A stretch of 64,000 bases of DNA, from assembly GCA_013265495.1 (NCBI GenBank), contig MU058718.1, forward strand, positions 124,001-188,000, written 5' to 3'. Numbering within the stretch: the first letter of the stretch is position 1; each line of letters starts with the position of its first letter. Positions 1 through 12,543 of this stretch are shown piece by piece. The stretch is from Vicugna vicugna (lineage: Eukaryota). The notes under the pieces were generated by a model. The model was not told the DNA's origin, did not search any database, and saw only the letters and a list, made by a program, of their open reading frames with translations. The translations under genes were made by a program, and so were the position numbers.

Positions 1-2777
1 ATGTTAATTTGATCACCCAGTCAAGATGCTTTCCAGCTTCTCCTCTGTACAATTCCTGTATTTTTCCTTCCTTGCAGCTAGTAAGCAGTTGGGAGACACT
101 TTGAGGCCATGTAGTTATCCTGATCAGAATTTCCCCCTAGATTTAGTATCGATTGATTTTTTTACCCAATCCAATCTTTATATACATCATTTTCATCCAG
201 AGTCCTTAGTTTACATTAGGGTTTACTCTTGAGGCTGTATGTTCTATCAGATAAGATTTTTGAAGTGCTATGCAAAAGAGACTTTTTAAAAGCCAAAAAG
301 ATCATTTTGTCGACTTAATCGATAAGAATAACTCCCTGCAGCATCATGAGAAAATTAGTATTCTTGCTTCAGGGCCTTGAAGAACAGAATATCAGTTACT
401 CAGCTAAACTGGAAACTAGAGGAATGACTTTATAATCTTTATTCCCCAAAGACATTAAGCAAAAAAGACTTAATTCTTTTGCTGTGTAATTGTGCGTGTG
501 GCTTGGGGTATGTTGGTTGGGCAGATAATAGATTTCTGTTGGGGGAGAGGCTGAGTGGAAAAACATCTCCTGCCGGTTCTCAACAATATAGGGTACTTTT
601 GAAACTGAAATTTTCTGACTGGCTGCTTTGGGAATCATCTGCTTGTTTCTTTTTCATTTGAAATACTTAATTGGGCACCTTCTCCAGGCCAAGTGGACTC
701 TGCCCTGTGGAATTCCAAGCAGAGAGCTGGAGTTCAGGTGGCTTCCAGCAGGGAGTGCTGCCTGGAGGAAGTGTCATTTTCCCCTCCTGTATCACTCCCG
801 CCTGCTTTCTGGGAAAACTCTCAAAGAGGGGGTCTGGGGACAATAGCAGCCTCACGCCAAGAAGGACCCCAAGAGTAGATGTGGCAGCCTGAAAGATGAA
901 CCGAAAACAGTCTGTGCCTCTTTGCTAACAGGAAGTCACTGCTGTAGAGAGCTGACCTGGGACTGTGAAGGAGCCTTGGGGGTTTGGAGACGTAACCATG
1001 TAGTAGGTGCCGAGGCCCCCTGGACAGTGAGGCTGAACAGAACAGAGTCCGAAGCTGAGAGTATGGAGGGAGGCTGACTGGAGGTGGGACCCTGGTGAGG
1101 AGTGGGGGTCTGATGCAGTGAGGACCTGAGCTGGGGGCACACAATGAGGATAGAAAGGGGGCTTGTTTGGTGATATCTGACAGGAGCATGAGAGAGGAGG
1201 GGAGGACTCCCAGCTGGCTTGGGTTTTGAGACTGGTTGGCTCAGCTGTCTGAGAAGATGTCTAAGTTAGCAACCGTCAGACGGAGACTCTGGCAGGCTGG
1301 AGGGTATTTGGGAGCGGAGCTAGGAGGAGGAGAATCTAAAAGAATGTTTTTGGAGTCAACCTTGTTTGTCAAGGAAAAGAAAAAGGGAAGGAGAAAAGAA
1401 ACGAACTTACAAGGAGAACCTTTTCAGGAAACAGGAAAGGGATACTGAGAGCAAAGATACTGGGTGCAGTGGTTATTCGTCTGCTTGAGAAAGTGTCAGA
1501 GGAGGTTGGAAGATGGTTGCCGAGACCCCTCCGGCCCAGTTCTTGTTCCCTTCACCTCTTGCAAATTAAGGACTTCTGGGCAGGGTAGAAGCGCTGGTCT
1601 GAGAGGCTCTTTGAAATGTAAACTGCTCATTGCAGATCAAGGGGAAACCTTTCTGTGGTGCTTCTTCCAGTTAATACTTGTAAAGCCCTAAAAACAGTGC
1701 CTGGAACAGAAATGTCGGCTATTACTGTTGCTGTCTTTTAGCCAGGAAGCAGGGTTATCTTGGAGGAATGAAGGTTGCTTGACCCTGTAAAAAGTGTCAG
1801 AAGGCATGGGTCTGGTGAGATGCATTGGAGGCCAGCGTTAGGCTTTTATTGCTATAAAAGCTGCAAAGAATTTTGGACCGTAGACTGGAATGGCAAGCTT
1901 ACAGTTCTCAGTAATTTCTCGTGTCTTATTTAATTTTTGCTAACGTCTGTCATTTTTGCCAAAGGAACTATCAGTGAAACTCCTAAATGAACCAAGGTAT
2001 TGTGTCCTTAACTTTGCGACAACAGGGGAGAGAGGGAGGCTGCTGGAGTGACTTGCTCTCACCATACAGCTGCTGCAGGGAAACCCCCTGGAGGGGCCGT
2101 GGGGGGGGGAGCGGCGACTGCCCACTGGAAGCAAATGCAGCCTGCCTGCCTACAGGCAGGAGCTGATGGGCCTTTGAAAGGGAGCGAGGGAGAGGCAGCG
2201 AGGGCCGTGTGGGGTTTGCTGACCAGGGTTCCACGGTGGCAGTGTGTCCTTAGAAGATTATGTAATGGTACCTTAAAATGTGTGCAGGAGCCTGCTGTTG
2301 ACACCAGTCCAAGGAAGCTTTGCTAACATGCTTACAACCCTATCATTTAGCCCCTTTGAGTCTTAACAGTTTAATAATTGAGGGTTTCCATAAGGCAGAG
2401 AACACCTGTACAGTTTTATGTTACACTAATATACCAGTGTATCAGGTGGCTGTTTTTGTCAGAAATCTCTCATTGGAATAAATAGATACTGCAAGTGTTT
2501 GAAACAGGAAATCATATGTTGGACCAGCATGCAGTTTCAGTGGATGGTTTTTATCCATCCAGCGTGTTCACAAATAAATAGGGTTGAATTGAGGAAAAGT
2601 ATGGTGGTTTTATTCATTACTTGGATGCTGTTATTGTTTATGTAAAGAAAAACTCAATTCTAGTCCAGCAGTGAGTGCAGTGACCTCTCTGGGTCTCTTG
2701 CATCCGTCCCATAGCATCTTGTCTTGTGTCCTGAGAGTGGTGCTTGTCCTAAAGGGGCCTTCGCTGTCTGCACGCAG

Positions 2778-3084
2778 GTCAGGACCCTTTGAAGTACGAG
2801 CAGACCTAGAGGAGTCCATGGAGTTTGTGGATCCAGGAGTTGCTGGAGAATCAGACGAGAGTGGAGACGAGCATGTAAGTGATGAGGAAACTGACCTGGG
2901 CACAGACTGGGAGAACCTGCCAAGCCCCCGGTTCTGTGACATCCCTTCCCAGCCTGTGGAGGTCTCCCAGAGCCAGAGCACCCAGGCGTCCCCACCCATC
3001 GCAAGCAGCAGTGCCGGAGGGATGATCTCCTCGGCCGCGGCCTCCGTCACCTCCTGGTTTAAAGCTTACACTGGACACCGTTAA
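2778..3084 (+). CDS. ATG14: Terminal coding exon of ATG14 (Beclin 1-associated autophagy-related key regulator, Barkor); partial CDS, upstream exons lie outside the window
   Basis: Translation [101 protein letters not shown] matches the recalled mammalian ATG14 C-terminus, with the WENL LIR core at 2908-2919 and the BATS amphipathic helix [17 protein letters not shown]. Acceptor ...cacgcAG|G at 2776-2777 (phase 2); stop TAA 3082-3084 followed by a second TAA. Confidence 0.97.
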
Positions 3085-5700
3085 TAAGCAGGGACCAAGA
3101 CACACCAGATCTGCATCGAGAAGGTTCTTCCTCCACTATGCTCTAGGAAATGTTACGTGTTTAGTTAAGATAGTGCCTGGAACAAAAAGAGGTTGTTATA
3201 CTGTTGGGTTTTTTAAAGCAGAGAAACAAGCATTTCCCTTTGTCAAATGGCAAACGGTGGTGACTGGGGTGCTGATGGTAATTAACAGGACAGAGGGGTC
3301 CCAGGTCCTTTCCAGACCAGCGTGGCCAGTAGTGTTGAGGCAGAAATGCACTTGGGCTCCTCTGATCACAGGCCACGGGCCCCACAGACATGGCTGACAC
3401 GTTGGTCCCTGTGAAGCTGAGACTTTATTTTAGAGGTTGAATCACGAGGAAGTGATTCTTGATCATTAGGACTTGAAAGATAGAAAACTGTTATGAGTTT
3501 GTTTTTATGCCATTATTTTCTGTACAGAGAACCACAGGCAATTTGAAACACTTGATTTCTTTATGATTTGGTCACATTTGTTTTTTAGGTCAAGGGCTTT
3601 TTTGTTTTGTTTTGTCTGGAAGGTGTGATGTTTTCTTGGCGGGGGAAACGTAGTTTACAAATGATTTCACTTGTGCTGCTGTCACGGCCCGTCGGACATT
3701 CCTGTTTTCTTTCTCCCTACACACCAAAGAAACCAAGATCTTTTTTTCTTTAGGACCCACATCCGTGAACAGAAAAAATCCTAGCTGCAATAATGTCCTA
3801 GAGATCTTAAAACAATGTTCTTTAAATTTTCTTACCTAGACTGTTGAATTCCTACCATCCACACTATGTGTATTTTGAAATTGAACTTGTTTTCCAGGAG
3901 TGGCAAATAAGTCATTAAGGTTGTTCCCTTATGGAAGCTAAATGCCTGCCTGGGCACTGGTTAAAAGCCACTTAAATGGCCTCTGGTCATTCTTCTGGTG
4001 TCCAGTTTCTTTCTGAAGCCTTTAGTAGGTGGCAGGTTTTTCCAGGGAAAACCACCCTGCTTGTTTGTTTCCTAGAGGTCTCTGTTGCTCTGTGGACACT
4101 ACCTTTGCTCAGATGTGCAGAGCAATTCACTGAGGCTGATACTGCTCTCCTCCATCCTGGGAAATCTCCGATGGAAAGAATTTTCCCTCACCAAGAGATC
4201 ATTTTCAGCTGATGTGTCTTCTCATTCTCTTAGTGACAATCTTATAAGAAAACTGTAGAGAGGCATTATGTACAAATATGTAAGTAGTTTTTATTTTTAA
4301 TAACTGCAGAGAAAGTCCTATGTAACAACTACAAAAAGAAATCCTATGAAAAATTCCTAACAGGCATTATTATTATATCTTGTTAGTGTGATTAGCATGA
4401 TAGTACCTCAGATGAATCACTTGGAGGTTTGCCCTGCCCTCGCTTCTTTTCTCCTTGTAATTAGACTTGATACTTTGCCTCCAAATCCGAGGTGCTACAT
4501 CTCTTGCTATTGGATAGTTAGTGTTTGGCAGAATTGCAGAAGAAGGGTGTTTACTCCTATCCAGGAGTCCCAGTTCCCTGACTTGATGAATTTTTCACTT
4601 TGGAGGAAACGGGCTTTTCCCCTCGTGGGTTCTCACACAGCTGGTATCAGCTTTAAGCGCTCACTTCATGACTGCTGGGTTTCATTGTCCCCCCCAAGTC
4701 TGTAGTGTAGTTCATAGACAGTGGCTGTGGTGGACTTGAACAAATAAATACCAAATGAATTTAAAATCCCAGGAGATAAGAGGGACTTAGGCACTTCAAA
4801 CCCTCAGAAAGAAGAGCTTAGATTCAAGAGTTGGAAGACTGGGATTTGGGGCTTGTGGGTAGAGGATGACTTAAGCTGAAAGATGCCCAACAGTCGTGGT
4901 TTTTCCCAAGCCTCTTACGAAACCATGAATGTGAGATGAAGCTGAAGAGCAGACCCAGACATCACAGACTAGAGTAATTCAACAAAACTCACGAGGACAT
5001 GGGAAATGCAGGGACAGATAGGGTATATTTTGTTAATATCAACTAGAGGCACTTTACTTAGGGTTCAGTCAAACCTTCAGTGGTTCTGAACACCAACATA
5101 CTGGCTTACACTGCTGAGATAGTTTGGTTTTCATTATTTTGCACTGGATCCACCCTGTAAATATTCTTAAAATACACATTTCAACCACTGTTTTTTCTAC
5201 TCTCTTTGCTGCTCATTAAAATCTTTCATGTAGGTGCCAGAACCATATGTAAACAGCTTTTTAATAAATTGAAGCTGGTATTTTTTTTCAAACAAAAAGC
5301 CATAGAACTTGGTTGTGTTTTCCATAATAAAATGATTTGTTGAAACAAGGTAATACTAAAAAAAAATTCATAGGCACCAGATAGGCTGCTTAAAATAGTC
5401 TGTTAAAGACTTTTTTTGTAATAGAAGATAATTAAGAAAAGTTTTGCACATCTGTAACTTAAGGGAGAAAACAGTGTCAGCATTGAGTAGCGGACAGGAT
5501 TCATTTCAGGATTCTTGTAGTGATGATTTGGGGAAGAACGTTTGGTGGCATGCTGTTAAAAGAACTACAGTGTCCAAGAATCTCTTCGCTGGGCCATGTT
5601 GCAGGGAGCCCCCATTGCTCTGCAACTTCCAAACCAGTTTGAGTCATAAAAATGTTTTCTAAACTTTTATTGTATTATTGCAATAAATCTTTTAACAGTA
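3085..5700 (+). other. ATG14: ATG14 3'UTR (about 2.6 kb)
   Basis: Follows the stop codon and is AT-rich. Ends at an AATAAA (5682-5687) with an upstream TGTA and a downstream T/GT-rich tract. The end position is inferred. Confidence 0.75.
5682..5687 (+). terminator. Probable main polyadenylation signal of ATG14
   Basis: AATAAA in context tgtattattgcAATAAAtcttttaacagta, with a UGUA (CFIm-type) element just upstream and tatgtatgtcttttt downstream. Confidence 0.7.
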
Positions 5701-7594
5701 CTTTGAAAATATGTATGTCTTTTTAAGCTCCGATTACTCATTTCTACTGATAAACTGAGGACAGCAAGAATAAGATCTAACTGTGGAGTATTTTATACAA
5801 CTTACAGAATAATTTTTTTTGACAGGTTTTTTTTTTTTGGCCAGGTAATAAAAAATGCCTGTTAACACTCTCTTTAAAATTATAGATCATGGGTGTATTA
5901 AAACTTACGGTCCATCTTAAGTAAGCCAAAAACCAGTTGCTTACCAGTTACTTTCTCTAAAGATGCATTTTTCTTTTGTAGCCATTATGTGATGCTGGTG
6001 TCCAACAGTGACTTCTGTTGTCTTGCAACAGCCCTTTGAGAGAGGGGTGTGGCCTCTGGGTTGACCATATGGAATCTGCCTAGGCTTTCTTCAGGACAAG
6101 AAAGGGAAATGTTAGAGGGGATCTGTCAAACTGAAAGGAGAACAGAGCAGCTTTAGAGAATCCCTCCCTTTTTTCCTTTTCCTTTTTTCTTTTTTTTTTG
6201 TCTCCCCAAAGGTGGATAATCTGTACCTTTCAGGCTAGATGATGATGGGGAGGAGCCACATGCAGGTGGACGGGGCCACTAAGAGTGGTTATTACTGTGG
6301 GCCCTCCAAGACAACGCCGAGAAATGCCAAGAAACTGTTGCCGTGGTCGTCCTGCTCCTTCACCTGCAGGAGGAGACCAGCCAGCAGCAGCAGAACAGGC
6401 CAGGGAACTGAAGGGTTTCCAAACAGGGCGTGTGCCTCTCGGTGAGTCCTTCAGTCTCCGTGGGTAACAGTTAAAAACATGCTCCTGTCTAGTGTATGCA
6501 CACAGGTTCCCAGTGCTCAGAGTTACTTCATGATTGATGCAGGAATCAGGTTGAAGCAGATGAAAGAACTAATGATCACTTTGTGCTTAGTGGTTGGGAG
6601 GTCACTTGAAAATTGCTTCAACAAAATGAACTAGGGAATTTGACTTTTGGGTAAGTCATCTGAACTTCAGACATGAAACATTAAATGAGAGAAAGCTACC
6701 AACACCCCATTCCAAGGAGATGGTGAAAAAATATCCTGGAAAAGGGTTTACCATCTCCCTAGAGTTACATAGATGAAGTGGAATTTTTTTTTTTAAACCA
6801 GAAACCACCAGTTGGGACCATTTTGTCTAGAAGAAAAGGGATGGTAAAACAGCAAGGGCCACATCAGTGACTTTTTGTTGTGCTTTTTATAGGAGGGAGT
6901 GAGGGGTGGGGTAGTCTGTGGTGGGGAGAAAATCTGATGGACAGTTTGGTCCCTTTAAAAAGTGAGAAACAGGCAAGAAGGTATCTGACAGCACTGGACA
7001 AGTGTGGAAAGATGGGCAGCAGCCAGAGGAGTGGAAGTAGCTCAGTCATGAGGGCACTGGTACCGCCAGGTCCATATCAGATTGTTCATTATCTCCCCCT
7101 TTGGGGGTGGCTTTTTAGCATTTACTGTGTGACTTCAGAAGACACCTGGATTTTGAGGAAAAGGCTCTCCTACCTTTTCCAGCAACTTATTTCCCTAAAT
7201 TCAAAACATTATCAGGAAAACATTTCTAGAGTATAAGTACATGACTCTTGATTTCAGAAAGAAAGTGCCACGTGGTTTGGAAGTAGTAGGTGGGAGAGAC
7301 AGACTGCCCAATCCAAGGTTGATTAACATGATAGATGGGGTATTACCTTCCATGTTAACAATTTAATATAGTTGCCTTCAGAGTAGAACCACATCTAGCA
7401 CCCACCCACAGGGGGAAAATACACCTTATTTTCTGGTTGAAGGGCATTGATACTGGTTTTAGTTGCGAGTTCAGCTACCACTTTGATAGTCTTTGAGGAA
7501 AAGCATGCTAAGAGCTGGAAAGCTCCTGCATTAAGTCTCTGGTACACCATGCCCCAGACCCATTAGCTCCTAAATTTCTCTGGAGCCTTGCGAC

Positions 7595-7680
7595 TACTCA
7601 TGGTGTGGTCCCTGATCCTGCAGCACTGGCATCACCCAAGAGCTTGTCAGAAATGCAGGATCTTGGGCGCCATTTTTGAC
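7595..7680. mobile_element. MER5A-like hAT-Charlie DNA transposon fragment
   Basis: gtgtggtccctgatcctgcagcactggcatcacccaagagcttgtcagaaatgcagga resembles the recalled MER5A consensus; boundaries approximate. Confidence 0.5.
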
Positions 7681-8656
7681 ACACTGGGTCATAATCATTC
7701 CAATAATTCATTCCAATAATTCATATGTATATTAACATTTTTAAAGCATTGGATCTATAGCAGTGCTGTTCAATGTAGTTATTTAACCCACCCATGTCAT
7801 TGTAAACTTTCCGGTAGTCTCATTAAGGAGGTAAAAGGAAATAGGTAAAATATATTTTTATATTTTAACTCGACACCCCAAAATAATATTTCACATGTAA
7901 TCAATAAGTAAAGTATAAAGTTGGGGGGGAAGGGGCTGCAGGAGGGTTCTACTTGTATTCTTGCCCTGGGCCACAAACATACTGGGGAGGGCTTGCCCCT
8001 GTGTCTACACCCTTTAAATAAACCCTCCTTGAATTTGCTCTTTTGGAGTGTGTCAGCAGTTTCCTGCTGAGTAGGTGTGTAATAAAGAGCCTCTGCAGAG
8101 CACACACTGGAAGCAAGTTGAAGGGCCTGAAACCAAGACTACTGGCCTTGGAAATGGAAAAGGTCATGCGAGAGGGGTCCCAGGTTGGATGCCAGGGCAG
8201 CCAGGACACCATCTCTGTTTAGAAAGAAGAGTCCATCAGGGCTGGGGTGGAAGGAGGATTGTTCATGGCAGGTCATGCACACGGAATCGTGCTTGGCTGC
8301 CCACACAGGAGGCCAACAGTTCAGTCCCAGAACAGGGAAGCTGGGCAGGCCAGGCCTGGCTCCACTGGACTGCAAACACTCAGTTATACCAATGGGCCAT
8401 TTCCCCTCATGATGGATAGGGGACTAACACGATTAGATACAACCTTGCTCTACATTTTACTGGCCAGCAACTAATTGATTTTGAGTCCGGTTTTTGAAAA
8501 GCTGCATTGACCTTTTCAGATTACTTAATAGACATCTGAAAATACCAGTTTGTAAAGCAACAGTCTTAGTCTCTGATTTGGGGGTAGGGAGTGGACAGAA
8601 AGGGAAGTAATTTAAATAGCACAATGAGTCTGCCCCAGTCAGCTGGGAGCTGGGAT

Positions 8657-8696
8657 CTGTTGTTCCCCAAGTCTTACTGTTGTTCCCCAAGTCTTA
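8657..8696. repeat. Perfect 20-bp tandem duplication
   Basis: ctgttgttccccaagtctta occurs at 8657-8676 and again at 8677-8696. Confidence 0.95.
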
Positions 8697-11600
8697 GTTT
8701 CTGCACAGTGCTCATCACTCAGCAATAGCACGTCCTCTTACAGGACTTAGCATTTCCCACCACTCGACACCACGTGTATCATTCTCTACTGGACGGGTGA
8801 TGGACACGTAGGACTTCAAGAGTCATTGCAGCTGTAGGCCATTTTCCCCCTAAATGCTAACTTTAGAACCTAATTCCTGCTGTGTTGTATCATTCCAAAG
8901 AGAAAAGCAAAACATTTAGTAGAGTTTACTAATTTTAAATTTTTTATAGCTCAAAAAGAATCTTAAATCCAAGAATTTGAGATAAAGGGTCCCAAAACTA
9001 ATTGTTTTGAGGCCTGTTCTCTGATAACTAGAGAGAGGATTGGGGGGGGGCGGCTTTGAGGGGAAGAGTTTCATTTTGCTTTTTAAACAGGAACACCACC
9101 TCTCACCAGGGTTGCTGCAGTGCAAGAGCCATCTCTCTGCTCCCACTCCCTTCCCAACTACCAACTCCAGTGTCTCTGCTCCTCCAAAATAAGACGGTCA
9201 AACAAACCGCCTAGAATAGGGCTGCTGTCTAACTGTGGTTTGGCTTAAATCAATTAGGTGTAAATACACTGGAAGTCCCCCAAGGTTTCATAACCACAAT
9301 GATGTTTGCTCTTCCCATGAGGTTATGCAAACACCAGCTATGGCCACAAACTGAAGTGCGTGTCGATAGAAGGGACTGCACATTTCCCACAAAGGTACTT
9401 TCACCAAGTCATGGAGATTGCAACACTAGCTTGAACCCAAAGGAAAAGCCAGGAGAGAAACTGTTGGATTCCCCAGGTGCTAGATGCTGTTCACAGCAGT
9501 GAACACTTTATGTAAATGCAGCACGTACCTGACAGATGACATCAGCTCTCGCTACTGACGCAGTGTGCAGTGTCCGGCGGTGCTTTGGCGCAGACTGGAT
9601 TTATTCTTTTTTTTTTTTTGAGGCCAGATGTGGGATGCAAGAGAGGAGGAATAGCCAGTCTGCTGAGTAAAGAAAGAATGAGGGCTATTAAAGCCATGGA
9701 AAACACCCTGGAAGACCCACGTAAGAAAAACAGTGCCCTGGGGGTCTGTAAAGGTTGGCAGGGAGGCCTTGACAAGTCCAGGTTAGAAGGGTGGTGGCCA
9801 GAGTGCAGGAAGAGACGTCCTAGATCACGTGTAGCCAGCAGCTGACAGCCCCTGCAGCCTTTCTGCAGTGAGAAAGCCCAGAGCAGCCTGCTGCCAGGGA
9901 AGCCACCGGCATAGACAGCCCAGATGACATCAAACGCACAACTGACAGTTACCCAGCAAAACTGGGCTGCTGTGGGAGCGACTCTAACCAAGAAAGCTCC
10001 CATGGGACCAGCTGTGGCCAGAGGAAAAGATCATCTCAGGTCCCTTCATCCCCTCTTCACATTTCTCACACTAGATGGAAAATTTACAGCAGAGCCCAGA
10101 GCAATCAGAACCTGCCAGCACCGCTCACGTCAAGATGATCACTAGAGAGGAATACAAACATTTTATGGAGCGTGCACTTTGAAGAAGGTACTGAAGGGAT
10201 GGCATGACAGAGCTGCCCTCCTTGAGCCCAGAGTGAAGTGGACAGCAAGCCTCATACACAAAAGGGGCAGTGGCGGTAGATGTGCACAAGGTACCAAAAA
10301 AGCATCCAGCCAAACAGGGTAGGCAGGAAGGGTGGGGGCTCTAAGGGAGGCGCCTCCTGAGCACAGAGCTATCAGCGTAGGAGGGCAGGGGAGGTGGTCA
10401 ACTGAACAGTCCTTTTACATGGCCGTTTTAATGCCACAGTCATTTTGACAAGGCTCACGGAAAGTTTTAATCTTGGCCTTTTTCCCATTTCCAGTTCGTC
10501 CCTGCCTTGGACATCTGGTCTCATCCACTGAGCAAGGGACAAAGCCAAGCTGCCCCAGCGATGGGATGGGGTGAGGAGCTGCTGACTCCTCCACATTTTC
10601 TCTCGTTTTTCTTTCAAATGGTGAAGTGAGGGGTGGGAGAGAGAGACTAGGCCAAGCATATCAGAGCCTCAGAGCAAAAGCTGAAGGGGAGGTTTTCTTT
10701 ATTTGGGTCCCCACTGGAGCGGGGTGGGGGTGAGCCTAGGGTCCTCTGTGCCCACAGTTCTTAGGAGTTAAGGATTACACAGTGATGCAGGCAGGCAGCA
10801 CCGCACTGCTGCAGGAAATTAAAAGTGAACTGGTTTCCCCAGCTTGGCACTAGGGGGCTCCGAAGCACAGCATCTTTCTCCGAAGGGGAATAGCTACGCT
10901 TGTCTAGAAATGAAGACCAGGGAAGGGGAGGAGTGCCCTCTGACGCCACCAGTTAAAATCCTTTATCATTCAGACAACCCTGGGAACTGGGTCCTGCCAC
11001 GTAGTTCAAAAAGGGTCTTTAGGGATTTCTGAGGACCCCAAGAACTGCACGCCAAGATGGGGTTGGGGCATTCTTCCCGTGTCCTCTGCTCTTGGTCAGT
11101 TCAGGCCCTCAGACTCCCAGCTTTGTGTCCCATACAAAACCCAGACCCAGAATGGCTGACTTGGGAAAATCAAGCGAGAGTTGTTTATCCAGTGTGCCCA
11201 CCCTGGGCAAATGGAGAGCCAAGCCACTAATGATGAAAGCTAACATTCACCAGCACTTTCCACACACCACGCTTTCTAAGTCCCACACGCATACATCTCT
11301 TTCAATCCTAAGTTACGAGTCACAACAAACCTACCAGGAAGATACATGGAGATCACCAGTTTGGAGCAAACCACAGGGGAGGAGGACAAGCCTTGGAAGC
11401 TGGAGCCCAGGGGGCAGACGGACAGCATTCCCACATACCTCGGCCAGGGTGAGTCACGATGAAGGACGCCTCAGCCTTCGCAGCCTCTTCTCCATCCTGG
11501 GTCCCAGACGAATCCACCAGCCTGTGGGCTCCCGCTGAGCACGGCAGCAGTACCACCATCGTGGGCCTGCCGGGCAGACTTGTTCAGCACCCAGAGACAC

Positions 11601-12329
11601 TTCTCAGTTTCAGTCCCCTCTTTTCATGGAGGGACAGCTGCTGCTTAAGATGGGGGCAGGAGCAGCCCAGGTGGACTGCAGTCTGAAGCCGCTCTGTGGC
11701 CACGCGACGCCTTGGCTACAGGTGACCCTGGCTCCACCTGACTCCGGCCCTGCCCCACTCTACCGAGCAGACCTGGCCAAAAGCCTCCTCAGCCGTTTAC
11801 ATCTTTCTCCTGTGGGACCATCCCAGCCTTCCTCACTCAGCACTCCCCCCACCAGCCCCTCTCCCAGAGCACTGACCAGTGCTTCTCCACAGCCCACACA
11901 GCTGATGCGGTTGCAAGGCTCTTTGGGTGGGTATTCAACTTCAAGCCAACCTAGTTTTAAGGTCCTCCACAGCAGCCTTCTGGGGTCTGCTACCTTCCAG
12001 CCCCACCAAGCGTTACAAGACCACAGGCCTAAATATATCCTCAATGACTTCTGAACAATTATGCCTAGATAATACCTCATCCAACAGGAAACACAGTGGG
12101 AGCTGAGCAGACAACAGATTCAAAATGCGTTAAAGGGTTGCAAAAACATGAGCTCATAACGTTAAGCGAAGATGGTCTCTTTTCAGTGGCAGAAAAGAAT
12201 TCTCTTTTCCCTTCAACAACTCAAAAACATTTTAATTCTCAGGACTCAATTCACAACATCCTCCTTCAATATTACCTCAAAAAGGAAAACAAATCTGCAA
12301 AACTCAGGTCCCATTTTAAGATGCATGTT

Positions 12330-12335
12330 TTTATT
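12330..12335 (-). terminator. Candidate distal poly(A) signal of FBXO34
   Basis: TTTATT on + (AATAAA on -), followed on the - strand by a T/GT-rich tract (ttttgcagatttgttttcctttttg). Confidence 0.45.
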
Positions 12336-12543
12336 GAAGTTAAAAAAAAATTGTAACCAGACAGGAAGAATAAAATAGGCAAGAATGTTATATTCTGACT
12401 ATATAATATTCTCTCATTCTTGGTAGATCACTAAAATATAACCAAGGATTGTTCTCTATGCTAATTTTAAGGTTGTCCAGTTAAACCATTATTTGGTATC
12501 CTTTCAACAGGTTAACCTCTTAACTATTTAGAGTTTCTTCTCA

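Noticed and set aside
2671..2777. N-terminal part of the 137-aa ORF 2671-3084
   Set aside because: It is intronic sequence that happens to be open in frame; ATG14 similarity starts only at the acceptor at 2778.
9542..12080. Several 100-150 aa ORFs in the intergenic gap
   Set aside because: No recognisable protein similarity, low-complexity Ser/Pro/Leu composition and inconsistent strands, as expected by chance in GC-richer DNA.
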